Virus record (IMG/VR): IMGVR_UViG_3300022745_000018
Coordinates: 1-64,000 of that record
Strand: one strand, 5' to 3'
Length of the DNA: 64,000 nt
Source: a virus
In this document: one piece after another, positions 18,838 to 28,642 of the stretch
Layout: each line of letters opens with the position of its first letter
Position numbering within the stretch: the stretch's first letter is position 1
The notes under the pieces: generated by a model
What the model saw: only the letters and a program-made list of their open reading frames with translations
Told to the model about the DNA's origin: nothing
Databases searched by the model: none
Program-made: the position numbers and the translations under genes

Positions 18838-20412
18838 TTAACGAGGCTTATTAGAACCAAAGTGAGCGGCGTAAGCAGCAATTCTTGAATCCACGGCATC
18901 AACACGTTCTTCAGTCACAATGGCTGCAGAAGGTTCTTGTTGCTTTGGCTTCTGTGATTCGGTCAGAGTACTGAAGTTCTTCTGAACGATATCCAATTGC
19001 TTCTTGTATTGTTCTTCCGTCACATATTCGATGTTCTTGGTCAGTTGAGCAAAACGATCGAATGCAGTATCAGCCATTTCAGAGCGATATGATTCAAGTA
19101 TAGCGTCAGCCTTCAATGAATTGATTTCTCTGATTAGATCGGCTTGAGCACCGGCACTCTCGTTGATCTTCTGTTCAAGTTCAGCGACTTGTTCTAGCGC
19201 AATTTCCAATGCATCTTCAGCATCTTCGGCGATATCAATATTGTGTTCCTTCAATAGGGAAACAACACCATCCATAAAACTTTCCGCCAATTTAGCTTTG
19301 AATCCAGTTTCAATAGCGACTTTATTATCAATTGCCCATTGCTGAGCAGTTTCAGTCAAAATCCCATCAATTTTATTGGACATTTCAGCTTTCGCTTCGT
19401 CCAATTGGTTTTCATATTCTTCTTGCAGCTCTTCTTTGATCTGCATTACGCGATCGTTCACGGCTGCTTCGAAGATTGTGATAGCTTGAATCTTGAAGTC
19501 GTCAGATAGACCCTCGGCTTCCAATAGAGCAGCAACTTGAGCAGAAACTGTAGGTTTCTGCTCAGTGGCATCTTCTTTCACGGAAGCTTTCTTTTCTTCC
19601 TCTTCGTCGTCGTCGGCTGGTTGATTAGAACCACCGTACTTAGTACCCTTCTTCACGCCTGCACCACCTTTGGCATCTGTCTTCTTACCAAACTTGGCTT
19701 CATATTCTGGTGTACCGGGCCACAGACCCTCAGTAACTTCGTCCACAGATTCATTAGTATGCTCTGGTGTGTACTGTTTACCGTTCTTCCAGTACTGATG
19801 AGAACCATCCGCTTTTATTACTGCGGGTTTATCGCCATCGCGATGACGTTCATTGTTCTTCCAATATTGTTTAGAACCATCACGTCTCTCAATAGCAGGT
19901 TTGTCACCATCGCGATGCAGTTTACCATTCTTGTACCAAAGTTGTTCACCATGAACAGGGTTATCTACAGCGGGCTTGTCGCCATCACGATGGGGCACTC
20001 CGTGATTATACCAATGTCTAGTGCCGTTGGACTCTCTGTAGGCATGATTGTCGTTTACACTATGCTTTTCTCCATTTTCGTCGCGATGAACTTCAATTTT
20101 ATTGAGTACGACACCCTTGAGGTGTTCAGGGGTGTACTGTTTACCGTTCTTCCAATATTCATTGTCTTCAGGGAAATCTTTGTCATGAACGATGGCTGGT
20201 TTGTCGCCGTCACGATGCAGCTTTCCGTGTTTATACCAATGCTTTGAGCCATTCGTGTAAACCATCGCGGGTTTATCACCATCGCGGTGTATCTCGCCGT
20301 CTTTGGTCCAAACTCTAGCATTATAGTGCTCATTTAGTTGACCACCTTCTTCGTCTTCAGTAACTTCGTTAGCCTCCGCCAACATAGCGGCGATCTTTTC
20401 TTCAAGTGTCAT
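18838..20412 (-). CDS. 22: prohead core scaffold protein (gp22) with an inserted repeat domain
   Basis: C-terminal LSDDFK..AITIFEAAV...AESFMDG..SLLKEH; position between gp21 and gp23; N-terminal part carries 6 HRDGDKPA-type repeats. Confidence 0.88.
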   Translation of the reverse strand: MTLEEKIAAMLAEANEVTEDEEGGQLNEHYNARVWTKDGEIHRDGDKPAMVYTNGSKHWYKHGKLHRDGDKPAIVHDKDFPEDNEYWKNGKQYTPEHLKGVVLNKIEVHRDENGEKHSVNDNHAYRESNGTRHWYNHGVPHRDGDKPAVDNPVHGEQLWYKNGKLHRDGDKPAIERRDGSKQYWKNNERHRDGDKPAVIKADGSHQYWKNGKQYTPEHTNESVDEVTEGLWPGTPEYEAKFGKKTDAKGGAGVKKGTKYGGSNQPADDDEEEEKKASVKEDATEQKPTVSAQVAALLEAEGLSDDFKIQAITIFEAAVNDRVMQIKEELQEEYENQLDEAKAEMSNKIDGILTETAQQWAIDNKVAIETGFKAKLAESFMDGVVSLLKEHNIDIAEDAEDALEIALEQVAELEQKINESAGAQADLIREINSLKADAILESYRSEMADTAFDRFAQLTKNIEYVTEEQYKKQLDIVQKNFSTLTESQKPKQQEPSAAIVTEERVDAVDSRIAAYAAHFGSNKPR

Positions 20413-20439
20413 TCTTTACTCCAATGATTCAATTAAGTT

Positions 20440-20447
20440 TATTTATT
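20440..20447 (-). promoter_or_regulatory. late-promoter-like AATAAATA upstream of gp22
   Basis: Resembles T4 late TATAAATA; the same 8-mer sits upstream of other structural genes (22821, 24181, 25779). Confidence 0.55.
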
Positions 20448-20514
20448 CTGACAAGTATTCACGGTAATCATCAATGATGTTTTCAATTGTCTGTTAGCTT
20501 TCCGTTTTCTAGTT

Positions 20515-21171
20515 TTAAAGTTTGCGGACGATAGACATGAAATTGTTGAATAGTTCTAGTTTCTTGGCCTCATCCAACCTCTTCTTATCATATTCATGTT
20601 TCGCGATCTCAGAGATGGTTTGTTCAACGATACGGCCGTCAGCCGTCTTCAGGAACTCAACACCTTCCATGATGCCATTAACAAAACAACCTGGACCCGA
20701 TGGATCCGATACACCATCGATAGCAGTCAAGAAGAAATCATCTCCAACGATCTTCTCACCGTTCATTTCTTTCACTGTGGCCGCACCGCGTGTAGACATA
20801 CCCACTGCACAACCAGACTCAAGAAGACCACGCATGACTTGGCCGATTGGTGTAGTTAAAACGACAGCTTCACCAATCCAGACATTACCGTCGCGAACCA
20901 ACGAAGTCAAACGATGAGATGCGCGTTCCCAATCAACATTCAGACGCGGTGGGTGATTCAGTTCACCTAGTGCTCTATTTGTTGCGATGTACTCATCTCT
21001 ATATTTGTTGACCGCTGCTTCCATGACAGACGCTGGGTATTTTCTACCATTCTTGTTCTTGGTTTCAGCGACGGCCATAGGACCTTTGATTTTCAACAAC
21101 TTCTGTCCGCTAGCATCAGATTCTGTTAGAATCGCTAACGGCTCAAACGTCATTTCAGTAATTAGTTTCAT
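20515..21171 (-). CDS. 21: prohead protease (gp21)
   Basis: NKNGRKYP, RALGELNHP, GMSTRG, DxVSDPS motifs. Confidence 0.95.
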   Translation of the reverse strand: MKLITEMTFEPLAILTESDASGQKLLKIKGPMAVAETKNKNGRKYPASVMEAAVNKYRDEYIATNRALGELNHPPRLNVDWERASHRLTSLVRDGNVWIGEAVVLTTPIGQVMRGLLESGCAVGMSTRGAATVKEMNGEKIVGDDFFLTAIDGVSDPSGPGCFVNGIMEGVEFLKTADGRIVEQTISEIAKHEYDKKRLDEAKKLELFNNFMSIVRKL

Positions 21172-21183
21172 GTTATCTTTCTA

Positions 21184-21549
21184 TTAGGAAACTACAGAAT
21201 ACCCAGAAATCTTTCTTAGACGTAAAAACGCGGTACCATCGCCACCAGTGATATTCACGACGATGTTATATTTACCTTGCTCATCAACGACTGCCGTAAT
21301 GATTCCATCTGTCTGGAATTCATAAGATTCATGAACGCGAAAAACTTCAACAGAATTTCTTGTTAGAACCATGCTAGCGGCATTCGGCAATGATGTAGTG
21401 ATACCGATGATCGCGACAAACGGAGTACCATCCACCGTTTGATTTATTGATGTCAATGTTGTTAGGTCGATGGTATCTGTACCAGACCCAACGTACTTGA
21501 TGATCACTTCACGCGGAGTGACTTGAACGACGTTCTTAGAGAGTGCCAT
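21184..21549 (-). CDS. conserved hypothetical virion-region protein
   Basis: ORF upstream of gp21 ending LRLRKISGY. Confidence 0.7.
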   Translation of the reverse strand: MALSKNVVQVTPREVIIKYVGSGTDTIDLTTLTSINQTVDGTPFVAIIGITTSLPNAASMVLTRNSVEVFRVHESYEFQTDGIITAVVDEQGKYNIVVNITGGDGTAFLRLRKISGYSVVS

Positions 21550-21560
21550 TTAGAATTACC

Positions 21561-22790
21561 TTACTCAACGTTGACGGTAATACGTTTGCCAGAATGGTGA
21601 CGCAGTTCTACTTGTCTACCACGTTCAACATCATGCATTGCTTCGTAGTCACCGCTATTGATGTGTCTAAGAACTTCACTGTATGAATAAGTACCGTTGT
21701 GTTTCAGATTCATTGCTTCGTCCACTCTTTCAAATTCTTCAACTGATTCATTCGCTTGCCCTGGTGTATATCTTCTACCATTCTTGTACCATTCTTTCGT
21801 GCCATCACGAAGCTCAAGGGCGGGCTTATCACCATCACGATGTACCTTCCCGTTCTTATACCAATATTTTGAGCCATTTGAATCTTCAATAGCTGGTTTG
21901 TCTCCATCACGATGGAGCTTACCTTTTTTGTACCATTCTTTATCGCCTTGAGCCGTTTCGAGTGCAGGTTTATCACCATCACGATGCAGTTCACCATCTG
22001 AATTTCTCCAGTATTTAGTACCACGACGGTCAACCGTAGAAGGTTTATCTTCGTCTTTAGACAACTTATCAATTGCTTTAGAAACACCAGACAAACGTTT
22101 GTGAGCTTTATCGTCAGTCTTGATACCAGCACCACGGTCGTCACGCTCAGCATACCCAGCATTAAAACCATGATATTTGGCGTCAGCGGCTGCTTTCTTT
22201 GCGTATGAAGCCAGTGTCGTTTTAGACAGTTCGTCAATCTGTTCTTGGTTAGACTCTAAAATGGAAATTGCGATTCTATCAAGAGCTTCCGTGATGAATG
22301 AAGCATCAAATGATTCTTCAACCGATTCATTTGCTTGCCCTGGTGTATATCTTCTACCATTCTTGTACCAGTACTTGGTACCGTCTGAATGTTCAACTGC
22401 TGGTTTGTCATCGTCACGATGCAACTCACCGTGCTTATACCAACTCTTCTGACCACCCGCCAACACCGCCGCAGGTTTGTCATCGTCACGATGCAACTCA
22501 CCATTCTTGTACCAGTACTTGGTACCGCTAGCATATTCGATAGCTGGCTCGTCACCCTCGCGATGCCGTTCACCATTCTTGTTATACCAGAACTTGTCAC
22601 CATGTTTATTAGTTTCAGAAGGTTTATCTTCGTCTTTAGACAACTTATCAACTGCTTTTGAAGCACCAGCCGCGCGTTTCTCGATCTTCGATAGACCAGA
22701 GATCGATGGTCTATGAATAGCACCTATTGCTTTCTGTGCGTATGAAGCCAATGTCGTTTTAGATAGTTCGTCGATTTGTTCTTTATCCAT
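21561..22790 (-). CDS. modular prohead-core / internal head protein with HRDGDKPA repeats
   Basis: gp67/gp68 position; two EQIDELSKTTLASY modules and two repeat blocks ending YTPGQANESVEE. Confidence 0.75.
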   Translation of the reverse strand: MDKEQIDELSKTTLASYAQKAIGAIHRPSISGLSKIEKRAAGASKAVDKLSKDEDKPSETNKHGDKFWYNKNGERHREGDEPAIEYASGTKYWYKNGELHRDDDKPAAVLAGGQKSWYKHGELHRDDDKPAVEHSDGTKYWYKNGRRYTPGQANESVEESFDASFITEALDRIAISILESNQEQIDELSKTTLASYAKKAAADAKYHGFNAGYAERDDRGAGIKTDDKAHKRLSGVSKAIDKLSKDEDKPSTVDRRGTKYWRNSDGELHRDGDKPALETAQGDKEWYKKGKLHRDGDKPAIEDSNGSKYWYKNGKVHRDGDKPALELRDGTKEWYKNGRRYTPGQANESVEEFERVDEAMNLKHNGTYSYSEVLRHINSGDYEAMHDVERGRQVELRHHSGKRITVNVE

Positions 22791-22820
22791 TCCGTGATCC
22801 GTTTCTTCAATCAATTTTGT

Positions 22821-22828
22821 TATTTATT
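22821..22828 (-). promoter_or_regulatory. late-promoter-like AATAAATA
   Basis: About 30 nt upstream of the ATG at 22790. Confidence 0.5.
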
Positions 22829-22942
22829 CGGCGCCCGCACTCTTTTACCGTTCTTCCAATGCTGCTGCGAACCATCCGCATTGATTATCGCTGGTTTGGC
22901 ATCGTGACGATGAACGATGTATCGAAAGATTCTTCAACCGAT

Positions 22943-24154
22943 TCATTTGCTCGTTTTTGGTGTATACTGTTTGCCGTTCTTCCAGTATTCTTTATAACCA
23001 CTTGCCCCCACAACTGCGGGGTGAGCGTCATCGCGATGACGCTCACCATTCTTATACCAATGTTTAGAACCGTTAGCGTATTCGACTGCGGGTTTGTCGT
23101 CATCCCGATGGATTTTGCCATGTTTATACCAAAATTTATCTCCATTAACATGTTCGATGGCTGGCTTATCACTACTACCGTGAAAGCGTCCCAATTCATC
23201 AAATCGAACCACACCCAATTCGGTAATTTTATTTTCGCTCATGATCTGTCTGGTACACGAAGCCAATGTCGTTTTAGACAGTTCATCAATCTGTTCTTGG
23301 CTGGACTCTAAAATAGAAATCGCGATTCTATCAAGAGCTTCAGTGATGAATGAAGCATCAAAAGATTCATTAGTATGCCCTGGTGTATACTGTTTACCAT
23401 TCTTCCAATATTCATATGTACCATCTTCTCGTTCAACAGCCGGCTTATCGCCGTCACGATGACGTTTATCGTTCTTGTACCAAAATTTGGTACCGGATGT
23501 ATACACCATAGCTGGTTTGTCGCCATCGCGATGAAGCTTGCCATTTTTGTACCAGCGTTTGGTGCCAGCCACTTCATCCATGGCTGGTTCATCACCATCG
23601 CGGTGAAGCTTGCCATTTTTGTACCAGTGCTTAGAACCATCAGCGAATTCTGTGGCGGGTTTGTCGTCATCCCGATGGAGTACACCGTTTTTAAACCACT
23701 GTTTGTTACCACCAACAGAAACAAAAGCCGGTTTGTCATCGACACTATGCAACTGTCCGTTTTCATTATACCAGCGCTTATTACCGTATTTGTCTATCTT
23801 ACTAATGGTTTTACGTGGTTCAGATGATTCTTCGGTCATCGTCTGGCTGTGTTTGACGATTCTATGACCGCCCTTAATACTACCCGGCAACTCACCAACT
23901 GCATTTCCGCCCTTACCATTCACACCTTGATGGAACTTCATTGGTTTTGATAGAAGAGGGTCTGTACTTCCTAAACCAGCCGGGTGAGTAGCATAAACAT
24001 ACGCACTCGTTGCTTTATCTACGTTTGTAGTACCGTGCCTCGTTTTACCGGCGGCATCTACATACTCAAGATAAACGACATCACCAACTTTGAATGTATG
24101 ATGCTGCTCAACCGCGCCCTCTTTTAGAGCACAAATCTTATTGAATTTGTCCAT
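22943..24154 (-). CDS. modular prohead-core / internal head protein with HRDGDKPA repeats
   Basis: Directly downstream of the portal; 8 repeat units; shares a cassette with 21561..22790. Confidence 0.75.
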   Translation of the reverse strand: MDKFNKICALKEGAVEQHHTFKVGDVVYLEYVDAAGKTRHGTTNVDKATSAYVYATHPAGLGSTDPLLSKPMKFHQGVNGKGGNAVGELPGSIKGGHRIVKHSQTMTEESSEPRKTISKIDKYGNKRWYNENGQLHSVDDKPAFVSVGGNKQWFKNGVLHRDDDKPATEFADGSKHWYKNGKLHRDGDEPAMDEVAGTKRWYKNGKLHRDGDKPAMVYTSGTKFWYKNDKRHRDGDKPAVEREDGTYEYWKNGKQYTPGHTNESFDASFITEALDRIAISILESSQEQIDELSKTTLASCTRQIMSENKITELGVVRFDELGRFHGSSDKPAIEHVNGDKFWYKHGKIHRDDDKPAVEYANGSKHWYKNGERHRDDAHPAVVGASGYKEYWKNGKQYTPKTSK

Positions 24155-24180
24155 ATACTAGTAACCTTAAGTCGTTGTTT

Positions 24181-24188
24181 TATTTATT
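24181..24188 (-). promoter_or_regulatory. late-promoter-like AATAAATA overlapping the portal stop codon
   Basis: Recurrent 8-mer upstream of a structural gene. Confidence 0.5.
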
Positions 24189-25731
24189 GAATGGGAGGTT
24201 GATTTGTGTCAATCTCTTCAGGTGGTGGAGCTTCTGCATCAATTTGCTTATTGATTTCTTCAAGTTCGTCATCCGTTAAACGCAGGACTTTTCGTTGAAT
24301 GTATTCTCTTGAAAGATATTTACCAACGAACGCATCGGCCTGGGCGACGGTTTGTAGACGGTCCTTCAGCAAATCGCTGTTCTTTAATTCTGCCCAGAAG
24401 TTGTCGGATGCATAAATGAACTTGATACCTGGCTTGAGGTTATCCCAATCTTCAGGTGAAGTAATTCCCTTGAGAATTAACTGCGTCTTCAAGATGTCTA
24501 ACAGAAGAACATTGAATCTACGACGAATGCCTTCAACGAACTTCGCGAACTTGATTTCGTCTCTAGTGATCTCGGATTGTCTACCCAAAGCAAATGCACC
24601 TTGTTGGGGCTGCAGTCTGCCAATAGGAATATTCAGAGACATGTAAAGTTTGTTCTGGAAATATTCAGTGTTCTCGATCGAACCTAGACCTTGGCCACCC
24701 TGTAGGACGTCGATTGTGGTACCTTTTCCGTTAGCACCACGTGGGAACCAATAGTCTTCAACAATCGCAGTGAACTTCTTGTCTGTTTTCACCACACCAG
24801 AAGCAGCATCATAGACAACTTTATTCTTGTAGCGGTCCATTGTCTGCTGAATATGCTGCTCAGCTTTCGATCTAGTCAATCCAGACGTATCGATGTTGAA
24901 AACTCTACGCTCAGGGGCACGAGTCATTCTGTAGATGACATCAGAATCCTCCATCATCCTCAATTGATTGAGTGGACGTATGGCCTTATAGAGATAACCA
25001 ATTGTGCGATTCAGGTTCCTATCTACATACCCGCATGTAGAATATGCAATTGAATCTGGACTAATCTTCAGACCAGTCGTTTCATTAACTTGAGAATATC
25101 CAGCAGATGCTTTGATCTGCTCGGCATAGACGAAATATTCCTGTTGGCCAGTGATAAGCGTAGCACCAGTTTGATTATCTACAGATTTAGATACCTCAAC
25201 TACCTTCTTGAGTTTAGCGACATCGATCGGTCGAAGCTGGATGATGCCGTCCTTCGGCTTCTTCTCATCAACAATCTTATGATATGCTTTTGCGCCATCA
25301 ACATAGAAGTCGCGAACGATCTCTAGACCGTTTACATCAAATCCCATCAACTTGACAACATTCCTAAACTCAGCGGTAATCAAGTTCTTCGTCTTATCAG
25401 ATAAGCTCTTTGCCAAATCTGGGTGAAAATCAATCTTCAATAGATCGTCTTCAGAATCCGCTGAGACAATTTCATTCACAACCTCGGAGACGGCGATGTC
25501 GATTTCAGACACCAAACTGATCTCTCGATATTTAGAGATGAGGTCTGCGTTTTCGGTGATCGCTGATGGATCTAAATTAACGGAATAGGAATAGAAGCCG
25601 TTAGTTGTTACTTCAGCTGGTGCTGAATCAGATTTTTCTGGTACAAACGACTTTACTTGTGGTTGCTCGGCTCTAGCAATTGTAAAGCCAAATAGCTTGA
25701 AGCCGCTGCTTGTTTGATCTGGAGTTTGCAT
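24184..25731 (-). CDS. 20: portal vertex protein (gp20)
   Basis: YLYKAIRPLNQLRMMED..IYRMTRAPERRVF, EDYWFPR, EITRDEIKF. Confidence 0.97.
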   Translation of the reverse strand: MQTPDQTSSGFKLFGFTIARAEQPQVKSFVPEKSDSAPAEVTTNGFYSYSVNLDPSAITENADLISKYREISLVSEIDIAVSEVVNEIVSADSEDDLLKIDFHPDLAKSLSDKTKNLITAEFRNVVKLMGFDVNGLEIVRDFYVDGAKAYHKIVDEKKPKDGIIQLRPIDVAKLKKVVEVSKSVDNQTGATLITGQQEYFVYAEQIKASAGYSQVNETTGLKISPDSIAYSTCGYVDRNLNRTIGYLYKAIRPLNQLRMMEDSDVIYRMTRAPERRVFNIDTSGLTRSKAEQHIQQTMDRYKNKVVYDAASGVVKTDKKFTAIVEDYWFPRGANGKGTTIDVLQGGQGLGSIENTEYFQNKLYMSLNIPIGRLQPQQGAFALGRQSEITRDEIKFAKFVEGIRRRFNVLLLDILKTQLILKGITSPEDWDNLKPGIKFIYASDNFWAELKNSDLLKDRLQTVAQADAFVGKYLSREYIQRKVLRLTDDELEEINKQIDAEAPPPEEIDTNQPPIQ

Positions 25732-25744
25732 TATTAACGATTCA

Positions 25745-25786
25745 GAAAATAGGCTATAGAAGCATAGCCGCTATAGCCTATTTATT
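25745..25786 (-). terminator. 13-bp hairpin terminator after gp19, overlapping a late-promoter-like AATAAATA
   Basis: AAATAGGCTATAG...CTATAGCCTATTT perfect inverted repeat. Confidence 0.65.
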
Positions 25787-25800
25787 GAGTCAGAGACGAA

Positions 25801-26358
25801 TCAAGAATCTGTTGTCTGGAAGTTCGTGACTGTAGATTCGGTAGTCCAATAATCCAACGACAGTTCAACAGAGAATTCTTCAACTGCCCCTGCATTACCG
25901 AAGTCCAGTCCAATAGAAGACACTGCTTGAGGCCAAACGTCATTGAACTTATAGACCTTCACGATGTTATCGTTTCTGTCCAGTTGGAACACTCTTGCGC
26001 TTGCCACCAAATTACCTGGTGTTAGAATACCGTTAGTACTAGCATGACCAACGATAGCGTTACTCCAAGTTTCGAAAGCATTACGCAAAGTCATCTGATT
26101 GTCATTGATGACTTGGATGTTCCAATTCTCAAAAACACGGTCACCAGGCAACTTTGCATTGCGGCCTCTGAATGGTACTTCCAAAGGTTGAATGATGCTG
26201 CTTGGTAGAGAAGCTGCTTTGATCAAGAATGGGGCTTTGAATGCAGCTAGTACACCCTCAGCACCAGCGATCGTTGGGAAGTTAATTTCAACTCTGAACT
26301 GGGATGGTCTTGCTCCACCTCCAGTTAGATTTGCACGAAAATCATCGATGCGAGCCAT
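25801..26358 (-). CDS. 19: tail tube protein (gp19)
   Basis: GGARPSQF, PFRGR..KLPGDR.F, WP..VS motifs. Confidence 0.95.
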   Translation of the reverse strand: MARIDDFRANLTGGGARPSQFRVEINFPTIAGAEGVLAAFKAPFLIKAASLPSSIIQPLEVPFRGRNAKLPGDRVFENWNIQVINDNQMTLRNAFETWSNAIVGHASTNGILTPGNLVASARVFQLDRNDNIVKVYKFNDVWPQAVSSIGLDFGNAGAVEEFSVELSLDYWTTESTVTNFQTTDS

Positions 26359-26383
26359 TGTTTATTTCCTTTAGATTGATTGA

Positions 26384-28039
26384 TTAAACACCAGCCGCGA
26401 CTTCGAACGTAACGTCCGGTCCAACCGCAGTAAATGTCAGTGAAATGTAGTTGATGGAATAGACAGGCTTCACCAAGATGTTACCTCTAAACTCGTGAGC
26501 AGCAACCACCGACGGTGTATTGTTGGTCTCATCACAGATCACTCTGAAATCTTCGATTCCACGACGACCTTTGATGTCACGCAGGAACGGTTCAACTCGA
26601 GATACAAACAGAGCACGTGTGATTGAATCATTTTGGTCGAACAGATTGCGTTTAGCCGCAGTGGAGATCGATTTCTCCAAAACGATAAACAGTCTACGAA
26701 CATTGATGTGATCGAATGCATCTGGGTTTGTAGTACCAGTCTTATCACCGAACAGCATGGTACCTTCACCCAACACAGACATGACTGGGTTGATACCAAC
26801 TGGATACAAGGTATTGCGTTCTGCGCCGTTCGGATTCCAAGACAATTTGATGACGTCTTTGATGATGCCCTTAGTGTAACCAGCTGGGCTGAACCATGTA
26901 TCGTGAGTGTTATCCACTTTGGCACACAAACCAGCGATATCTGGATTCAGAGCAATCCATCTGTACTTGTCATTGTACTTATCATAGAAGTACTTATAAC
27001 CTGTATCAATGAACTGGTATGTAGAATTACCAACGGCGGTCTTGTATGACAGAGCATCAGTTAGACGCGTTGAAGAAGTACCCATGATGCGTTCATTAGA
27101 AGAATCGCAGATACTAACGAAGGCAACACAATCGCGACGAACTTCGGCGACATTTGAAACCACATATGTAGCCAATGTACGAGAAGCAGAACCAGTAACC
27201 AACAAACTGATGTCGTATTCGTCTGGATTTGTTAGAAGATCCCAACCTAGTTGCAATTGAGCATCAGCAACGGCAGTACCATCTGTACCAGAAGCTAGAG
27301 TATATGTATGATCGTAACCAGCACCAACACCGTCCGTCAGAGTAGCGAACACGGTACCAACTGGACCACCCCAATTAGTTCCTTCAGCTGGATGTTCACC
27401 GATGTAAACATACTCAGATTGAGCCGCGATCACTGTTTTGTAGTAATTACTTGTTCCCTGATATGACACTGCGTTCGACGCTTTATCGACGAACGCATAT
27501 TTCTCCAAAACAGTACCAACAGAACCAGAGAATTGACCAGAACCGTCGATCACAACAACATGCAATTGGTTAGCAGTCGTCGGTGCAGTAAATAGATTCT
27601 TGTAAGGCCATCCAGAGAAAGTACCAGTGTCGGCCATCGAAACAATCAATCCATTACCGGCAGCACCTGGATATCTAGCAATCACGACAGAATCAGGTGT
27701 TGTTGTATTCTGATAGTCATATAGATTATCCAATTGCACAACATCAGTACCGTCACCACCAGCTTTGGCATTCAAAGATGCATTAACCACACGAACGACG
27801 TACATCGCTGAACTGTAAGCCAGAAAGTTTCTTGCTGCATAAAAGTGCTTAAATGTGGAATCCGTTGGCGCACCAAATGTACTAACCAGCTGTTTCTCAT
27901 TACTGATTAGAATAGGTTGCTTCACTGGACCCCAAACAAAATCACCAACATAAGCACCGGTTGTTGATGAGGCGCCTGGAATTGTACCAGACGCGCTTTT
28001 TTCGATTACCTGAACTCCAGGTGATTGCAGAAATGACAT
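26384..28039 (-). CDS. 18: tail sheath protein (gp18)
   Basis: SPGVQVIE, WFSPAG, INVRRLF, CDETNNTP motifs. Confidence 0.96.
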   Translation of the reverse strand: MSFLQSPGVQVIEKSASGTIPGASSTTGAYVGDFVWGPVKQPILISNEKQLVSTFGAPTDSTFKHFYAARNFLAYSSAMYVVRVVNASLNAKAGGDGTDVVQLDNLYDYQNTTTPDSVVIARYPGAAGNGLIVSMADTGTFSGWPYKNLFTAPTTANQLHVVVIDGSGQFSGSVGTVLEKYAFVDKASNAVSYQGTSNYYKTVIAAQSEYVYIGEHPAEGTNWGGPVGTVFATLTDGVGAGYDHTYTLASGTDGTAVADAQLQLGWDLLTNPDEYDISLLVTGSASRTLATYVVSNVAEVRRDCVAFVSICDSSNERIMGTSSTRLTDALSYKTAVGNSTYQFIDTGYKYFYDKYNDKYRWIALNPDIAGLCAKVDNTHDTWFSPAGYTKGIIKDVIKLSWNPNGAERNTLYPVGINPVMSVLGEGTMLFGDKTGTTNPDAFDHINVRRLFIVLEKSISTAAKRNLFDQNDSITRALFVSRVEPFLRDIKGRRGIEDFRVICDETNNTPSVVAAHEFRGNILVKPVYSINYISLTFTAVGPDVTFEVAAGV

Positions 28040-28085
28040 GAGTAAGCCTCTTTAAAGAATGTTCTAACTATGTTTGAATTTATCA

Positions 28086-28307
28086 TCAAACGGAATCAAG
28101 GAAATACATTTCACCCGAACCTTCGTCTACAAGGATGTCGGCGACGATTGAATGCTCAGACATCGCTTCGACTTTACCAAGTTTTCGTTTTTTGACATCG
28201 CGAAACACTGGTCTTTTAACCATCAGTGTCTTCAAAGGTAAAATCGGAGTACCTGGCAAACCACCTGTCGTTGATACCGGTTCACCGTCTTCAAATAAAA
28301 TATTCAT
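28086..28307 (-). CDS. hypothetical protein
   Basis: ORF in the late operon. Confidence 0.55.
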   Translation of the reverse strand: MNILFEDGEPVSTTGGLPGTPILPLKTLMVKRPVFRDVKKRKLGKVEAMSEHSIVADILVDEGSGEMYFLDSV

Positions 28308-28639
28308 AGCTGTTCCAATTTATTCGTAAAATCTACATCATAGTGGCTGAAGTTTGACCAGCCCAAGAAGTTGAAACACGAATTGATGATAGGTAACGAA
28401 TCGTCATCGCATTTGTGAGATATCAATTCAATAGCAGATACACCGAAACAATTTGATGCAATCACGATGCTATTCAAAATTGCTCTGATTTTTGTACCAT
28501 CAGAATCTTCACGATATTTCTTGATTGTCGCGTTTATAGCGCCAAGGCGGCGTAGATCTGCTTCAAATTCATGAACAGTGAATACACTCGGATTATTATA
28601 AGTCTTGAGTGCCAATTGAGTGAATTCAAAATCAGTCAT
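28304..28639 (-). CDS. conserved T4-like phage hypothetical protein
   Basis: YNNP...EFEADLRR...ILN.IVI..N.FG pattern. Confidence 0.7.
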   Translation of the reverse strand: MTDFEFTQLALKTYNNPSVFTVHEFEADLRRLGAINATIKKYREDSDGTKIRAILNSIVIASNCFGVSAIELISHKCDDDSLPIINSCFNFLGWSNFSHYDVDFTNKLEQL

Positions 28640-28642
28640 CTA

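Larger units (their letters stand above)
19750..23790 (-). repeat. dispersed coding repeat, about 24 aa (WYKNGKLHRDGDKPAxxxxxGxxx), about 21 units in three genes
   Basis: Counted in the translations: 6 in gp22, 6 in 21561..22790, 8 in 22943..24154, 1 orphan unit after that gene's stop. Confidence 0.9.

Noticed and set aside
22820-22945. TGA stop-codon reassignment, suggested by in-frame TGA codons before an orphan repeat
   Set aside because: Many conserved genes end at TGA, often in ATGA overlaps; small indels explain the pattern better.
19750-23790. Diversity-generating retroelement or CRISPR-like array behind the repeats
   Set aside because: The repeats are protein-coding, differences are not adenine-specific, and no reverse transcriptase is present in the window.
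19537-23867. Long plus-strand ORFs such as 19537..20247, 22817..23311 and 23375..23827
   Set aside because: They are antisense shadows of the repeat-coding genes with no independent coding signal.
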